DNA from: Acidimicrobiia bacterium
GTDB lineage: Bacteria > Actinomycetota > Acidimicrobiia > Spongiisociales > JAHEDJ01
Direction of reading: 5' to 3'
Assembly (NCBI GenBank): GCA_029210695.1
Contig: JARGFH010000024.1
Location: forward strand, 1-52,233
Length of the DNA stretch: 52,233 bases
Every line of letters begins with the position of its first letter. Position 1 is the first letter of the stretch. The notes beneath the pieces were generated by a model that did no database searches, had not been told where the DNA came from, and saw only the letters and a list, made by a program, of their open reading frames with translations. A program made the position numbers and the translations under genes. Below are positions 7,973 through 17,765 of the stretch, in pieces.

Positions 7973-9247
7973 TCACCGGACCCGGCCGTCTCGCGTCAGA
8001 CGGAGAAACGGCGCAAGAGCGGCCAACCCGATCGGAAGGATGGCAGTGAGGGCGAGGACGGGCTCGTAGCTGCCGGCGAGATCGTAGCCTACGGCGACCA
8101 GCAACGGTCCGGCGGCGGACCCTCCCACCGTGATCATGGAGGCGAACCCTTTGATCGACCCGAAATGGAGCCGCCCGAAATAGTGCCCATAAACGGTCGA
8201 CTGCACTGCCTGGCTCGTCCCCTGCATCGAACCTAAAACCACTCCGTACACCACGACAGCGCCCGCTGTTGAAACGCTTCCGGCGCCGAGCATCGCCACA
8301 CCCATCAACCCCAATGTGACGCTGAGAAAACGTGCTGGAGGCATCCGATCGATGAGATAGCCGGTGAGCAGGTTCGCTACCGCCAGCATCAGCCCGTATG
8401 CAATGAACATGAGGGCGGCGGTAGGCCGAGCAACGCCGTTTTGAGACATGATCGAGAAGTGGTGAAAGACCAGACCGGTCCCAAGTCCTGCGGTCAGGAA
8501 ACCACCGACCGCGTAGAGCCAGAATGTGATGGTACGCCGAGCCTCATCGAGCCGAAAATGGTTCTCTGCGCTGTTGACGCCATCAGCTTGGCCAGTATGA
8601 CGATCGGGGGTCAGCCCGTATCGCTCGGGTCTGTGGCGGAAAAGCCCGCCGCCGACGGGAAGCATCACGGCAGCCACCAACAGTCCCAGGATCCCATACG
8701 CCCACCGCCATCCAACCGTCGAGACCAGGGAGTCGAGACCCAAAGGGACCACCGCGGTGGCAGCAGCAAAGCCGAGTCCGGCGAGACCGATGGCAAGGCC
8801 GCGACGTTGGACAAACCAGATGTTGATCGAATGGATGCTGACCAGCCCCAATGCACCCTGGCCTAGCCCGCGAATGAGCGTGAATCCGACCAGCAGAGTG
8901 ATGAAACCAACCGTCAACCCCATAAAGGCGCAAGCCAGTGCGAATAGGGTGGCGATCACTGTCACCGCGCGGCGAGGACCGACCCGGTCGATCTGACGGC
9001 CCACGAACGGCAATGCGAGTGAGCCGATCAAAGTCCCAGCGGTATAGGCGCCCGAGACTGCAGCCCTTCCCAGCCCCAGATCGGCGATGATCGAATCTAA
9101 GAACACCGATACCCCAACGGTCTGGCCGGGGATGGTCAGGGCCATGCCCACGGTGGACGCGCCGAGCACGACCCACGCGTAGTGGATCGGGCTCTTGTCT
9201 ACGAGCCTGCTCGTCAGCAAAGGCGGTTGTTCGGGAGTGGTATTCAT
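7973..9247 (-). CDS. MFS transporter
   Basis: About 12 hydrophobic segments; GRQIDRVGPRR motif A; WFVQRRGLA. Confidence 0.9.
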   Translation of the reverse strand: MNTTPEQPPLLTSRLVDKSPIHYAWVVLGASTVGMALTIPGQTVGVSVFLDSIIADLGLGRAAVSGAYTAGTLIGSLALPFVGRQIDRVGPRRAVTVIATLFALACAFMGLTVGFITLLVGFTLIRGLGQGALGLVSIHSINIWFVQRRGLAIGLAGLGFAAATAVVPLGLDSLVSTVGWRWAYGILGLLVAAVMLPVGGGLFRHRPERYGLTPDRHTGQADGVNSAENHFRLDEARRTITFWLYAVGGFLTAGLGTGLVFHHFSIMSQNGVARPTAALMFIAYGLMLAVANLLTGYLIDRMPPARFLSVTLGLMGVAMLGAGSVSTAGAVVVYGVVLGSMQGTSQAVQSTVYGHYFGRLHFGSIKGFASMITVGGSAAGPLLVAVGYDLAGSYEPVLALTAILPIGLAALAPFLRLTRDGRVR

Positions 9248-9364
9248 AGGCGACGAGTCGGGTCAGAACACACGACTCAGGAGGGTGCGAGGGAACAAAG
9301 CTGGAAGGTACAACATTACCGGTGGGTCGGGGCTAACGGGAGGCGGCAGGATCGAATCCGAGCT

Positions 9365-9640
9365 CTGGGTGTTCACCACAGCGACGGCAAGCCCGGCCAT
9401 CCCATTCGATCTCCCAGACCTTCGAACGGATCGCCGCCAAGGCCGGCGTTCCTAGAAACCGACCCCACGATGTTCGCCTTACTCACGGCACCCTGCTCAC
9501 GAAAGCCGGAGTGCCGATCAAAGTGGTGTCAGAACGTCTCGGACACGGGAACCTGGCCTTCACGATTGACACCTACAGCACGTGCTTCCCGGCCTTCAGG
9601 CCGAAGCAACCCGCATCTTCGAGAGGCTCACCGCCGAAGC
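9365..9640 (+). pseudogene. Tyrosine integrase C-terminal remnant (frameshifted)
   Basis: SQTFERIAAKAGVP, HDVRLTHGTLL.KAGVPIKVVSERLGH, TIDTY/HVLPG spread over several frames. Confidence 0.8.
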
Positions 9641-9725
9641 TCGGCCCGGAACCACCGGTGGAAGAACCGCATGACCCGCATGACACGGTAGAAACCCTGG
9701 CCGGCGAGCCGCTGGCCAAGGCATG

Positions 9726-9770
9726 TGGTAGCGGGGGCAGGATTTGAACCCGCGACCTTCGGGTTATGAG
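9726..9770 (-). mobile_element. att-type duplication of the tRNA-fMet 3' half (not a complete tRNA)
   Basis: Reverse complement CTCATAACCCGAAGGTCGCGGGTTCAAATCCTGCCCCCGCTACCA covers anticodon loop (CAT) to CCA; no 5' half upstream. Confidence 0.85.
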
Positions 9771-9887
9771 TTCCTTCCGGGGGGTACTGGTTGGTTTTCA
9801 TTGGTGCTCAATAGTGCCCACTACCAGGGCTTTCGCGGAATCCGTGTGATGCCTCGTGCCTGTGGATAACCCCTCGTGACGGCCTGT

Positions 9888-9910
9888 CCGTTAGAAGATC
9901 CGTTAGAAGA
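9888..9910. repeat. Direct repeat CCGTTAGAAGA x2 (arm-type site candidate)
   Basis: CCGTTAGAAGA T CCGTTAGAAGA, about 120 bp inside the att fragment. Confidence 0.6.
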
Positions 9911-9968
9911 ATCGGTCGAGCGAAGCAACGTCACGGAGAACCGGGAGAAGACACCGCGCTCAATCCTG

Positions 9969-10565
9969 TCAGCCCAACGAGCCCGATACTTGCAGGTAGC
10001 ACCGTTCCTCGGGTAGGTACCGGCCCTGGTACCAGCTCGCCAGTGAGAGTCGGACTAATTCCCCCGGCACAATCGTTGGTGTGGGTTCATCCAGCCCCAC
10101 ATACTTGATCGTCCGACGCTGCCCAAGCACCGCCTCATACCGCGTTTCGTCGGCGTCGAACCGAAGCTCCCGGTCCGCCAACCAGAAGTGGGTGCTCTGG
10201 GATGGGAGGCTGCCGCCAGGCCCCACATACAGCTTCGAGTTCGCCACCGTGAGGGTGTTCTCGAACACATGGTCCAGCTCCCCCTGCCATGGTGTCACCA
10301 GCCCGAGTACTAACCCACGAAGATCAGCAATGTCGCCAATGTATCGCTCTCGGTGGACGACAACGTCTTCGACATGAGGTGGCCGAACCTGCTCCTTTGG
10401 TTCGACGTCCATGTCCCAAGCCTGTCCGACTCTGTAGTGGTCGCGGATGGGGTATTCGCCGGCGACATTGAAAAGCCTGAGGCCGCGGCCATCGTCCAGT
10501 GAGAGCGCCCCTGCGCACGCGCTCGCTACGCCCATATGCGTCCGTCCGACGATGACCGTCTTCAC
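9969..10565 (-). CDS. Dual OB-fold domain-containing protein
   Basis: IVGRTHM...C.GA......LRL, PPHVED, KYVG, LVRLSLA.W....RCYLQVSG pattern; coupled to DUF488 genes. Confidence 0.7.
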   Translation of the reverse strand: MKTVIVGRTHMGVASACAGALSLDDGRGLRLFNVAGEYPIRDHYRVGQAWDMDVEPKEQVRPPHVEDVVVHRERYIGDIADLRGLVLGLVTPWQGELDHVFENTLTVANSKLYVGPGGSLPSQSTHFWLADRELRFDADETRYEAVLGQRRTIKYVGLDEPTPTIVPGELVRLSLASWYQGRYLPEERCYLQVSGSLG

Positions 10566-11056
10566 TCAACCTCCAGATCAACCACCTTCACTCCTGCACC
10601 CTCGGCCAACCATCTCGCTGCCAACGATCTATGGCAAGCGGGCGCAGAGCCCTCGACGCAAAGGATGGCGGGCCGCCGATAGTCCGCCAGACGATCCAGC
10701 AGTTCCCCCGGGTCCTGGAGCGCAAGTACCTCTCTCTCGTATCCAGCTACGAAATCGGGGGCCAATTCGCCGCGGGTTGTTTTGGTGTGAGATGTGGATT
10801 TGTCTGCTTCCTTCTGTTTGTCACGCAGTCGGGTAGACGGGGCCAGATCCTTCCACGACACGACCGCCACACCAGCGCGAGATAGGGCCGCATCGAGTCG
10901 AGAGGCATTGGCGAAGGCGTACCTCGATCCCCGTACAGCACGCCGTTGCCGGACGTCTACCACGATGTCCACGCAGTTTCGCTCGAGGAGATCGAGGAAC
11001 GACTGCTCGGTGTGGCCGTAGACACCGATCGTATAGATGGCGTCGACTTGGGTCAT
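10562..11056 (-). CDS. DUF488 family protein
   Basis: IYTIG, DVRQR, LCVEG...CHRS motifs. Confidence 0.88.
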   Translation of the reverse strand: MTQVDAIYTIGVYGHTEQSFLDLLERNCVDIVVDVRQRRAVRGSRYAFANASRLDAALSRAGVAVVSWKDLAPSTRLRDKQKEADKSTSHTKTTRGELAPDFVAGYEREVLALQDPGELLDRLADYRRPAILCVEGSAPACHRSLAARWLAEGAGVKVVDLEVE

Positions 11057-11736
11057 CGACGGCTTCCATCTCCTGAGTATTGCTGAACCGAATGGTGGAC
11101 GCGGTCATCGAACTCGAACGTCTGTTGGCCACCCTTCACCCGCTCCATCACTTCGGCGTGCGGTGTCAGACACCCATCGACTTCGATATGGACCACGTTA
11201 AAACCGAAGGTGTCTACGAGCGCTTCGCCAATCAGCTTTGTTCTGTGGCAGGTTTCGGGACGCCCTTCGCTGCAGAGCAAGCAGACCTTGTAGCAGCGTT
11301 CCACCCCCCGCCTAACGCGTTCCAGGCCGCTCTTGAAGTAGTCCCGCGCACGCACGCTTGCGTAGTCGACCCGTCCATCAGGCGTATAGCATTCTGCATC
11401 ATCGGGTCGGCCACCGAGCTCCGCCCCCAGGAAGACGTACTCGACGTCGACTGCCTTCAAGGCGTACTGAAGCTCAGGGCCATTGAACTCAGGGCGATGA
11501 CGGGAATAGGGCATAGAGCGCACATCGGCCACGTGGGTGACGCCGCCGGAGCCAAGCCGCTTGATGAACCCCTCGAGTGTGTCTCCGCCGTATCCGATGG
11601 TGAGCACCGAGTGACTCTCACCAGGCTGCAGGGGTCGCCTCAGCTGTGCGTTATCAGGATGCAGTGTCACTTCGTTGATCCTAGGCCAGCGGCCGCCGGT
11701 GGCCGCGGCGAAGCAACGGACACCTGGCCTTGCCAC
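11053..11736 (-). CDS. DUF488 family protein (start may be GTG 11670)
   Basis: LTIGY, DVRSMPYS, ELGGRP, LLCSEG.P..CHR motifs. Confidence 0.88.
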   Translation of the reverse strand: MARPGVRCFAAATGGRWPRINEVTLHPDNAQLRRPLQPGESHSVLTIGYGGDTLEGFIKRLGSGGVTHVADVRSMPYSRHRPEFNGPELQYALKAVDVEYVFLGAELGGRPDDAECYTPDGRVDYASVRARDYFKSGLERVRRGVERCYKVCLLCSEGRPETCHRTKLIGEALVDTFGFNVVHIEVDGCLTPHAEVMERVKGGQQTFEFDDRVHHSVQQYSGDGSRR

Positions 11737-11752
11737 AGACGAATTGCTCTCG

Positions 11753-12301
11753 TCATTGAATCCGGTCCTGCGTCGAGCTCAAGAGCGGACCAAGGGGCTT
11801 TGGGGGTGCCTCCCTTCGCTTCCTCGCAGCGATCCGTCGCATGCGTTGTTGCACGAGGTATGCGGCACGCTCGAGGGGCAGGATCTCGTTCTTTGTTCGA
11901 AGGGCCCGGACGCACACGGGTTCGGTCGCCGCCACCAGGAGGGACTCCCATTCAGCGGCCGTCCGGAACACGAGCACCACCATCTCGTCTCTCTTGAACT
12001 GGCGCCCTCGAGGGTCGAGCCAAATGACCGATTCCTCTTGTTCCGCGCAAAGCAGGATCATGTCGTGATTCGACGTCACCACAACCTGGCCCGTATTTCT
12101 CGCGTGGCTAAGAACATCCTCGTCGGAGGAACCCCGGACGGGAGACCCATCGTCGTCGTGCCCTACCCAGCTGGCGTTGTAGCCGAGGACTCGCAGCGCT
12201 GCGGGCACTCTCCACGGGAGCTGCTCGTCGAAAAAAAGCCGAATTCGCGGAGACCTTCGCCGAGCCGTTGGTCTCTCCTCACGCAGCCCGTTCGTACTCA
12301 A
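11753..12301 (-). CDS. PIN-like toxin (DUF5615/VapC45-like); start uncertain
   Basis: RLFFDEQLP, SSDEDVL, VVVTSNHD acidic PIN motifs; downstream of DUF433 gene. Confidence 0.8.
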   Translation of the reverse strand: MSTNGLREERPTARRRSPRIRLFFDEQLPWRVPAALRVLGYNASWVGHDDDGSPVRGSSDEDVLSHARNTGQVVVTSNHDMILLCAEQEESVIWLDPRGRQFKRDEMVVLVFRTAAEWESLLVAATEPVCVRALRTKNEILPLERAAYLVQQRMRRIAARKRREAPPKPLGPLLSSTQDRIQ

Positions 12302-12911
12302 GTGCGGCCTCCACTTCGGATACGCCGAGGTGGAGGTCTTCGGCGATGTCTTCGAGATCCTCTTCCGCCTCAGCGAGTTCCGCGATGACCCGCGTCGGTA
12401 CCCGAGTGCCGTCGATGCACGGTGCTCCGGCTTGGACGGCGGGGTTCACCCAAACACCAGATCTCGGCCGCCAAACCGCAGCAAGTTGATCGGATCCGTA
12501 TTCGATGGGCCTGAGCAGGTCACGGACCACAAGCTCAAAAGCTCCTTGTCCGCCCTTTCCAACGTCGACCCAATCGCCAACCTTGCCAAAGAAGGCTGCT
12601 CCGGCCGTTGCCAGCTTTTCATGTGCGAATGGGTAGCTCGTCTTCAGCTTCGTGGCGAGGTAGTCGGCCCCAGCCCTGATTTCCCGCTTGGGAACCTTTC
12701 GCTCAACCAACTCGGAGACCACAAGGAGGCTGACCACATCGAGGAAGGAGAGGAACCTGGTGTCGGCTACCGGGTAGAGCGGCTGCTTCCCTCGTATCCA
12801 TCGAGCGATCGTGTCGGGATCGCGCCGAACGAGGCGGGCGGTCTCGACCAAGTCGTAGATACCCCTGCCGAGCAACCGATCAGCCATGTCAGCCCGCTCC
12901 TTGGTACCCAT
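12279..12911 (-). CDS. HTH + DUF433 antitoxin (VapB45-like)
   Basis: GIY...ETARL...TIARW; VNPAVQAGAPCIDGTRVPT...IAEDL.L...EVEAALEYE; GAGGAG RBS before ATG 12911. Confidence 0.85.
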   Translation of the reverse strand: MGTKERADMADRLLGRGIYDLVETARLVRRDPDTIARWIRGKQPLYPVADTRFLSFLDVVSLLVVSELVERKVPKREIRAGADYLATKLKTSYPFAHEKLATAGAAFFGKVGDWVDVGKGGQGAFELVVRDLLRPIEYGSDQLAAVWRPRSGVWVNPAVQAGAPCIDGTRVPTRVIAELAEAEEDLEDIAEDLHLGVSEVEAALEYERAA

Positions 12912-12983
12912 GGTCCGCTCCTCTCGCGGTCGCCAGCCGTCACTTGGCAAACTACACCCCACCCGTGACGAGGTTCGGTCGTA

Positions 12984-15900
12984 TCACGCCTTTCCCCAGC
13001 GTTGGGCGATGTACTTCTGTTTCTCGTCCGCGTCGGTGAATTCGTGGGTCTTGTTGTTGAGACGCACGTAGAAGGCGGTCTTCTTCAGGTGCTGGCCGTT
13101 CATGACCACGGTCACCTCGGCGTCAACCGGAAAGCCCGACGGCTTGACGTGGACCCGGCACAGGTCCTTGCCATCGATCGTGTGAATCTGGGTGGATACG
13201 TTGGCTACGGCAGCGTCACCCATCGACGCCTGGACGATCTGCGTGAGGTGGAGCTGGAACAGGTCGGCATCGTCCTTGCCTTCCTTGGCGAGGCCGGCGT
13301 AGTCGGAATCAAGACCCGCAACCGTGCCGTCGTCGGCAACCCCGATCAGCAGAGTGCCTCCGGACGGCGAGTTGAGGAATGCGGCGATCGTCTTCAGTGA
13401 AGCGGTCTCGAGCGGCTTGAAAACCTCCCCGCCATCGGCGTGGGTGCGGAGCGTCGACTTGTACTCGATCGACGCCGTCTCTCCGGCGGCAAGCAGGTCG
13501 CCGATTGGGATCCATTGCTGGCTGGCCACCTTGGCGGCGGCGTAGGCGCCGGGCAGGGTGGCACCGATCAGCTTGCTGAATAGCTCCGGATCGTCGAGCA
13601 GCTTGTAGGTGAAGTCTTCGTGGGCTTTGGCCATGTCGATCATGGCGTTCTGGAAGAAGTCGCTGTAGACCTCCCCAAACGCCTTCTCGTCGTTCGCCCA
13701 GGCCACCCCTTGCACGTCCTCGTCGGCGACCAGGGCATCCACGATCGTTCTGGTGTGCACGGCCTGGGCATCGGTGAAGCGGGTGCCGAACCGCTCGTTC
13801 ATCTGGGCGATGATCTCCGACAGCGGTGCCTCGTCCGGGGCGTAGATCTTCCCGGCTCCACTGAAGATGGTCACGACCTCGCCCTCCACATCGGGGTCGA
13901 GCGACGCCGACCCTTCGGAGGTCTTCTCCAACGCCAGGTGGGTGAGCTCGACCTGGCTGCCCAGATCTACCCCGGGTTCGGCGTCGGCGCGGATGAACGG
14001 GGCCAACGCCCTGGCGAAGAGGTAGTCACGTTCGAGCTTGGTGTCACCGAACGACACTACCTGGGACAGGAACGAGTAGATGCGGATGAACCGGTGCAGG
14101 GCGTCACGGAAGGCGTCCTGCTCGTCGGTGTCGAGATCGTGATGGAACCGGTCGATGGCCGGCGCCAACGCCCCGTGGATGCGGGCGTGGTTGGCCGAGG
14201 CGTCGGTGAGCAGCAGAGTCACGACGGTATGAACTTCTTCGGGATGAAGGATCCCATACCCGCCCAGTTCGCCGTGGGTGTTGTACAGCAGGTGGGGGTC
14301 GGTGGGCGGCGCCACGGTCTGGACGTACCAGGGGGCGAAGGATGTGCGGATGTCCTCGGCTTCGTTGCGGAAGTCGAGCACGAACGTCCCGGTTTTGTCG
14401 GGGTGGGTGCGGTTGAGCCGGGAAAGCGTCTGCACCGCCGCCAACCCGGTGAGGACCTTGTCGACGTACATGGAGTAGAGCTTGGGCTGATCGAACCCGG
14501 TCTGGTACTTCTCGGCGACCACGAGGATGTGGTTGTCGTCCTCGTCGAAGCGGCGGGTGGTCTGGGTTTCGGGGAAGCCGTTGAGGTTGGATTCGGTGAC
14601 CTTCTCCCCATCGACGGTGAGCGAGTCTGAGAAGGCGACGAGCACGCCGATGTCGCCGTGACCGTTCTCATTGCAGTACCTCTTGAGCGCCTGCGAGTAG
14701 CGGACGGCGTGGAGCCGTGACGAGGTGACGACCATCGCCTTGGCCTTCCCTCGCATCCTGGGGCGGACGTGCTGGCGGTAGTGCTCGATGATGACCTCTG
14801 CCTTCTGGGCGAGGTTGTGCTCGTGGAAAGCGACGAACCGGGCGATCGCTGCCTTGGCCTTATCGGTCTCGTATTTGGGGTCGTCCTCCACCGCCTTCTC
14901 GATCCGCCAATACGTCTTGTAAGTGGTGTAGTTGGCGAGTACGTCCCAGATGAACCCCTCTTCGATGGCCTGGCGCATCGAGTACAGATGGGACGGCTCG
15001 TGCTTGCCGGTATCGGGGTTGAGCCTGCCGAACATCTCAAGGGTCCGGCCCTTGGGGGTGGCGGTAAAGGCGAAAAAGCTCAGGTTGGGCTGCTGGCCAC
15101 GGGCGGTAACCTCGGCCAGCAGCGCCTCCTCGGCAGGGTCCCCGACCTCAACCGTCAGTGACGCCTCGACGGCCTCCGCCTGCGCCAGTTCGGTCTCCGC
15201 ATCGGAGCCGGCGCCGCCGAGCACCTTCTTCAAGTCTTTGGCCGCTTCGCCGGTCTGACTGGAATGGGCCTCGTCGATGATCACGGCATAGCGGCGCGAC
15301 GGTAGCGCCCCCACCTTGTCGAGAACGAACGGGAACTTCTGCAGGGTGGTGATGATGATGCGGGCCTGCTCCCCGGTGAGGGCCTCGGCGAGCTGGGTGG
15401 AGTCAATGTCGATCTTCTGCACCACTCCGTGGGCGTGCTCGAACTGGTAGATGGTGTCCTGGAGCTGACGGTCGAGCACCACCCGGTCGGTGATCACCAC
15501 CACCTTGTTGAACACCTTGACGTCCCCGGCGTGCAGGCTAGACAGCCGGTGAGCCAGCCAGGCGATCGTGTTCGACTTGCCCGACCCGGCCGAATGCTGC
15601 ACCAGATAGGAATGACCGGCGCCCTCGGTCCGTGCCGCTTCCTCCAACTGCCGCACCGCGTCCCACTGGTGGAAGCGGGGGAAGATCATCGTGGCCGGCT
15701 TCTTCGAACCCTTGGCGGCGGGCTCGACGTGGAGGAACCGGGCAAGGATGTCGAGCCAGGCATCCTTCTGCCACACCGACTCCCACAGATAGGCGCTCCG
15801 GTGCCCCGCCGGGTTGGGCGGGTTCCCGGCGCCGAGACCGTCACCCCGGTTGAAAGGAAGAAAGACGGTCCGCTCCCCGTCGAGGCGGGTGGTCATGAAC

Positions 15901-16508
15901 ACCTGCTCCGTGTCGACGGCGAAATGAACCAGCGCCCGCCTCAGCGTCAGGTTCTTCGGATCGCGGTCGGTCCGATACTGGGCCTTGGCGTTGTCGACCG
16001 TCTGGCCGGTGAGATGGTTCTTCACCTCGGCGGTGGCGACCGGGATCCCGTTGACGAACAAGCCGAGATCGACGGTCTTGTTGGTTCCCGACTCGTACGG
16101 CAGCTGGCGGGTGACGGTCAGCCGATTGGCTGCGTACCGCTTGGCGAGCACCGGGTTGAGCCCGGAGGCGGGACGGAAGAAGGCAAGGGCGAACTCGGCC
16201 TTCTCATGGCCGGCGTACACCAGAGCGTGGCGGAGCACGTCCACCGTGCCCCGGGCGTCGAGCTCTTTGGTGAGCCGGTCGAGGAATCCGGCCCGAGCGG
16301 CAGCCGGGTCACCGGCGTGGGTCTTCAGCACCTTGGCCCACTCGCCGGGCTGGGTGTCCTCGATGAAGGCGAACAACTCGACGGCGTCGAGACCCCGGCC
16401 GGCGTCGAAGTCGTCGGACTGGGTGCCGAGCTTCCAGTTGGTGTAGCCGCCATGGTCGGCGAGCCATTCGGCGATGTGCGACTCGAACGCCGCCTCGTCC
16501 GGTTTCAT
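12984..16508 (-). CDS. hsdR: Type I restriction endonuclease subunit R with C-terminal Schlafen/AlbA_2 domain
   Basis: DLGLFVNGIPVATAEVKN nuclease, HSAGSGKS, DEAH, FTATP, QTGFD, QTLSRLNR; C-terminal GETASIEYKST...IAAFLNS..GGTLLIGVADDG. Confidence 0.93.
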   Translation of the reverse strand: MKPDEAAFESHIAEWLADHGGYTNWKLGTQSDDFDAGRGLDAVELFAFIEDTQPGEWAKVLKTHAGDPAAARAGFLDRLTKELDARGTVDVLRHALVYAGHEKAEFALAFFRPASGLNPVLAKRYAANRLTVTRQLPYESGTNKTVDLGLFVNGIPVATAEVKNHLTGQTVDNAKAQYRTDRDPKNLTLRRALVHFAVDTEQVFMTTRLDGERTVFLPFNRGDGLGAGNPPNPAGHRSAYLWESVWQKDAWLDILARFLHVEPAAKGSKKPATMIFPRFHQWDAVRQLEEAARTEGAGHSYLVQHSAGSGKSNTIAWLAHRLSSLHAGDVKVFNKVVVITDRVVLDRQLQDTIYQFEHAHGVVQKIDIDSTQLAEALTGEQARIIITTLQKFPFVLDKVGALPSRRYAVIIDEAHSSQTGEAAKDLKKVLGGAGSDAETELAQAEAVEASLTVEVGDPAEEALLAEVTARGQQPNLSFFAFTATPKGRTLEMFGRLNPDTGKHEPSHLYSMRQAIEEGFIWDVLANYTTYKTYWRIEKAVEDDPKYETDKAKAAIARFVAFHEHNLAQKAEVIIEHYRQHVRPRMRGKAKAMVVTSSRLHAVRYSQALKRYCNENGHGDIGVLVAFSDSLTVDGEKVTESNLNGFPETQTTRRFDEDDNHILVVAEKYQTGFDQPKLYSMYVDKVLTGLAAVQTLSRLNRTHPDKTGTFVLDFRNEAEDIRTSFAPWYVQTVAPPTDPHLLYNTHGELGGYGILHPEEVHTVVTLLLTDASANHARIHGALAPAIDRFHHDLDTDEQDAFRDALHRFIRIYSFLSQVVSFGDTKLERDYLFARALAPFIRADAEPGVDLGSQVELTHLALEKTSEGSASLDPDVEGEVVTIFSGAGKIYAPDEAPLSEIIAQMNERFGTRFTDAQAVHTRTIVDALVADEDVQGVAWANDEKAFGEVYSDFFQNAMIDMAKAHEDFTYKLLDDPELFSKLIGATLPGAYAAAKVASQQWIPIGDLLAAGETASIEYKSTLRTHADGGEVFKPLETASLKTIAAFLNSPSGGTLLIGVADDGTVAGLDSDYAGLAKEGKDDADLFQLHLTQIVQASMGDAAVANVSTQIHTIDGKDLCRVHVKPSGFPVDAEVTVVMNGQHLKKTAFYVRLNNKTHEFTDADEKQKYIAQRWGKA

Positions 16509-17656
16509 ATCGTGTCCTCGTCCAGCGCGGTCATCACTTCCGACGCGATGAAGCGACGCTGGCGTCTCGGTCCCGCCTCCATCTCACTGAGGATCCCTAT
16601 ATCGACGAGTTGGTCAAGCATCCTGAGGGCAGTCGGCCGGCGTACGTCGACATTCGACTCGACAAGTCGGGCGGTGAGGATCGGGTGAGCGAACAACACG
16701 TCAACCAAGGCCACAGCTTGGCTCCGGGTCGACTCCATCACGCGAGCGCGGTAGGTCTCTCGGAGATCAGCGAGCAGTTCGGCTCGCGCCACCGCGTCGT
16801 TTGCCTGCGTTTCGACGCCCTGAAGGTAGAAGCGGATCCATGCATCAAGGTCACCACGTTCTCGCACCGCCTGAAGCATGTCGTAGTACTCGGTCCGGTT
16901 GCGCTCGAAATACGGAGACAGATACAGCAATGGGCTCGGTAGCCGCCCTCGAAGTACGAGATGGAAAACGATCACCAGCCTCCCAAGTCGTCCGTTGCCA
17001 TCGAGGAACGGATGAATGGTCTCGAACTGGTAGTGCACCAGTCCGCTCTGCACAAGCACGGGGATGGTGCGGTTCTCGTGGACGAACCGTTCCCAGTTGG
17101 AAAGAAGAGGACTGAGCTCTTCCGGTGGTGGCGGCACGAACGACGCCGTCTCAATCGTGGCACCGGCCGGCCCAATCCAGTTCTGGCTAGTTCGAAGCTC
17201 GCCCGGCCGACGGTCCCTTCCGCGCACTCCATCCAGGAGGATCGCGTGCATCTCGCGCACCAGGCGAAGACTGAACGGCAGTTCTGCGAGGCGAGAGAGA
17301 CCCTGTTCCATCGCTCGGACGTAATTGACCACCTCCTCGACATCCGGCCCATAAGCCGCACCGCCCGCCTCGGCTTCAAGGACACCGACCAGGGAGGCTC
17401 GTGTCCCCTCGATGCGAGTCGACGCCAACGCCTCCCGAAGCAGGTACGGTCGGATGAGAAGATGTGGATTGGGCAGCAGACGCCCTGCTCCGGCCAGTCG
17501 CCCCAGGGCTGCCTCGGCGTCGGCGAGCAACCCGACTGTGCTTGGAGACAGGTCAACGGATTCGGGAAGCTGGTTCGGGTAGTACGCGAAGTAGCCCTTG
17601 CCGGGAACCCGACGTACTCGTCCGTACATGGTCTGAACATACCGCTCGGTGTTCAC
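16505..17656 (-). CDS. Fic family protein (Fic_N + Fic + HTH)
   Basis: EALASTRIEG, HPFLDGNGRLGR; GTG start 17656; stop overlaps hsdR ATG. Confidence 0.9.
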   Translation of the reverse strand: MNTERYVQTMYGRVRRVPGKGYFAYYPNQLPESVDLSPSTVGLLADAEAALGRLAGAGRLLPNPHLLIRPYLLREALASTRIEGTRASLVGVLEAEAGGAAYGPDVEEVVNYVRAMEQGLSRLAELPFSLRLVREMHAILLDGVRGRDRRPGELRTSQNWIGPAGATIETASFVPPPPEELSPLLSNWERFVHENRTIPVLVQSGLVHYQFETIHPFLDGNGRLGRLVIVFHLVLRGRLPSPLLYLSPYFERNRTEYYDMLQAVRERGDLDAWIRFYLQGVETQANDAVARAELLADLRETYRARVMESTRSQAVALVDVLFAHPILTARLVESNVDVRRPTALRMLDQLVDIGILSEMEAGPRRQRRFIASEVMTALDEDTI

Positions 17657-17765
17657 AGGGACACAGTAGCTGACCATTACACAGAATGGCGTTATCGTTA
17701 TGGTCGTGCGTTGACTCGCCGAGATCTGTAAAGGTCCCGTCGCGCACCCAATCAGGCTCTCGACG

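Noticed and set aside
9726..9770. Complete tRNA-Met gene
   Set aside because: Only the 3' half is present; treated as an att site.
9861..9869. Perfect DnaA box TGTGGATAA near the att fragment
   Set aside because: Single isolated 9-mer; could be chance.
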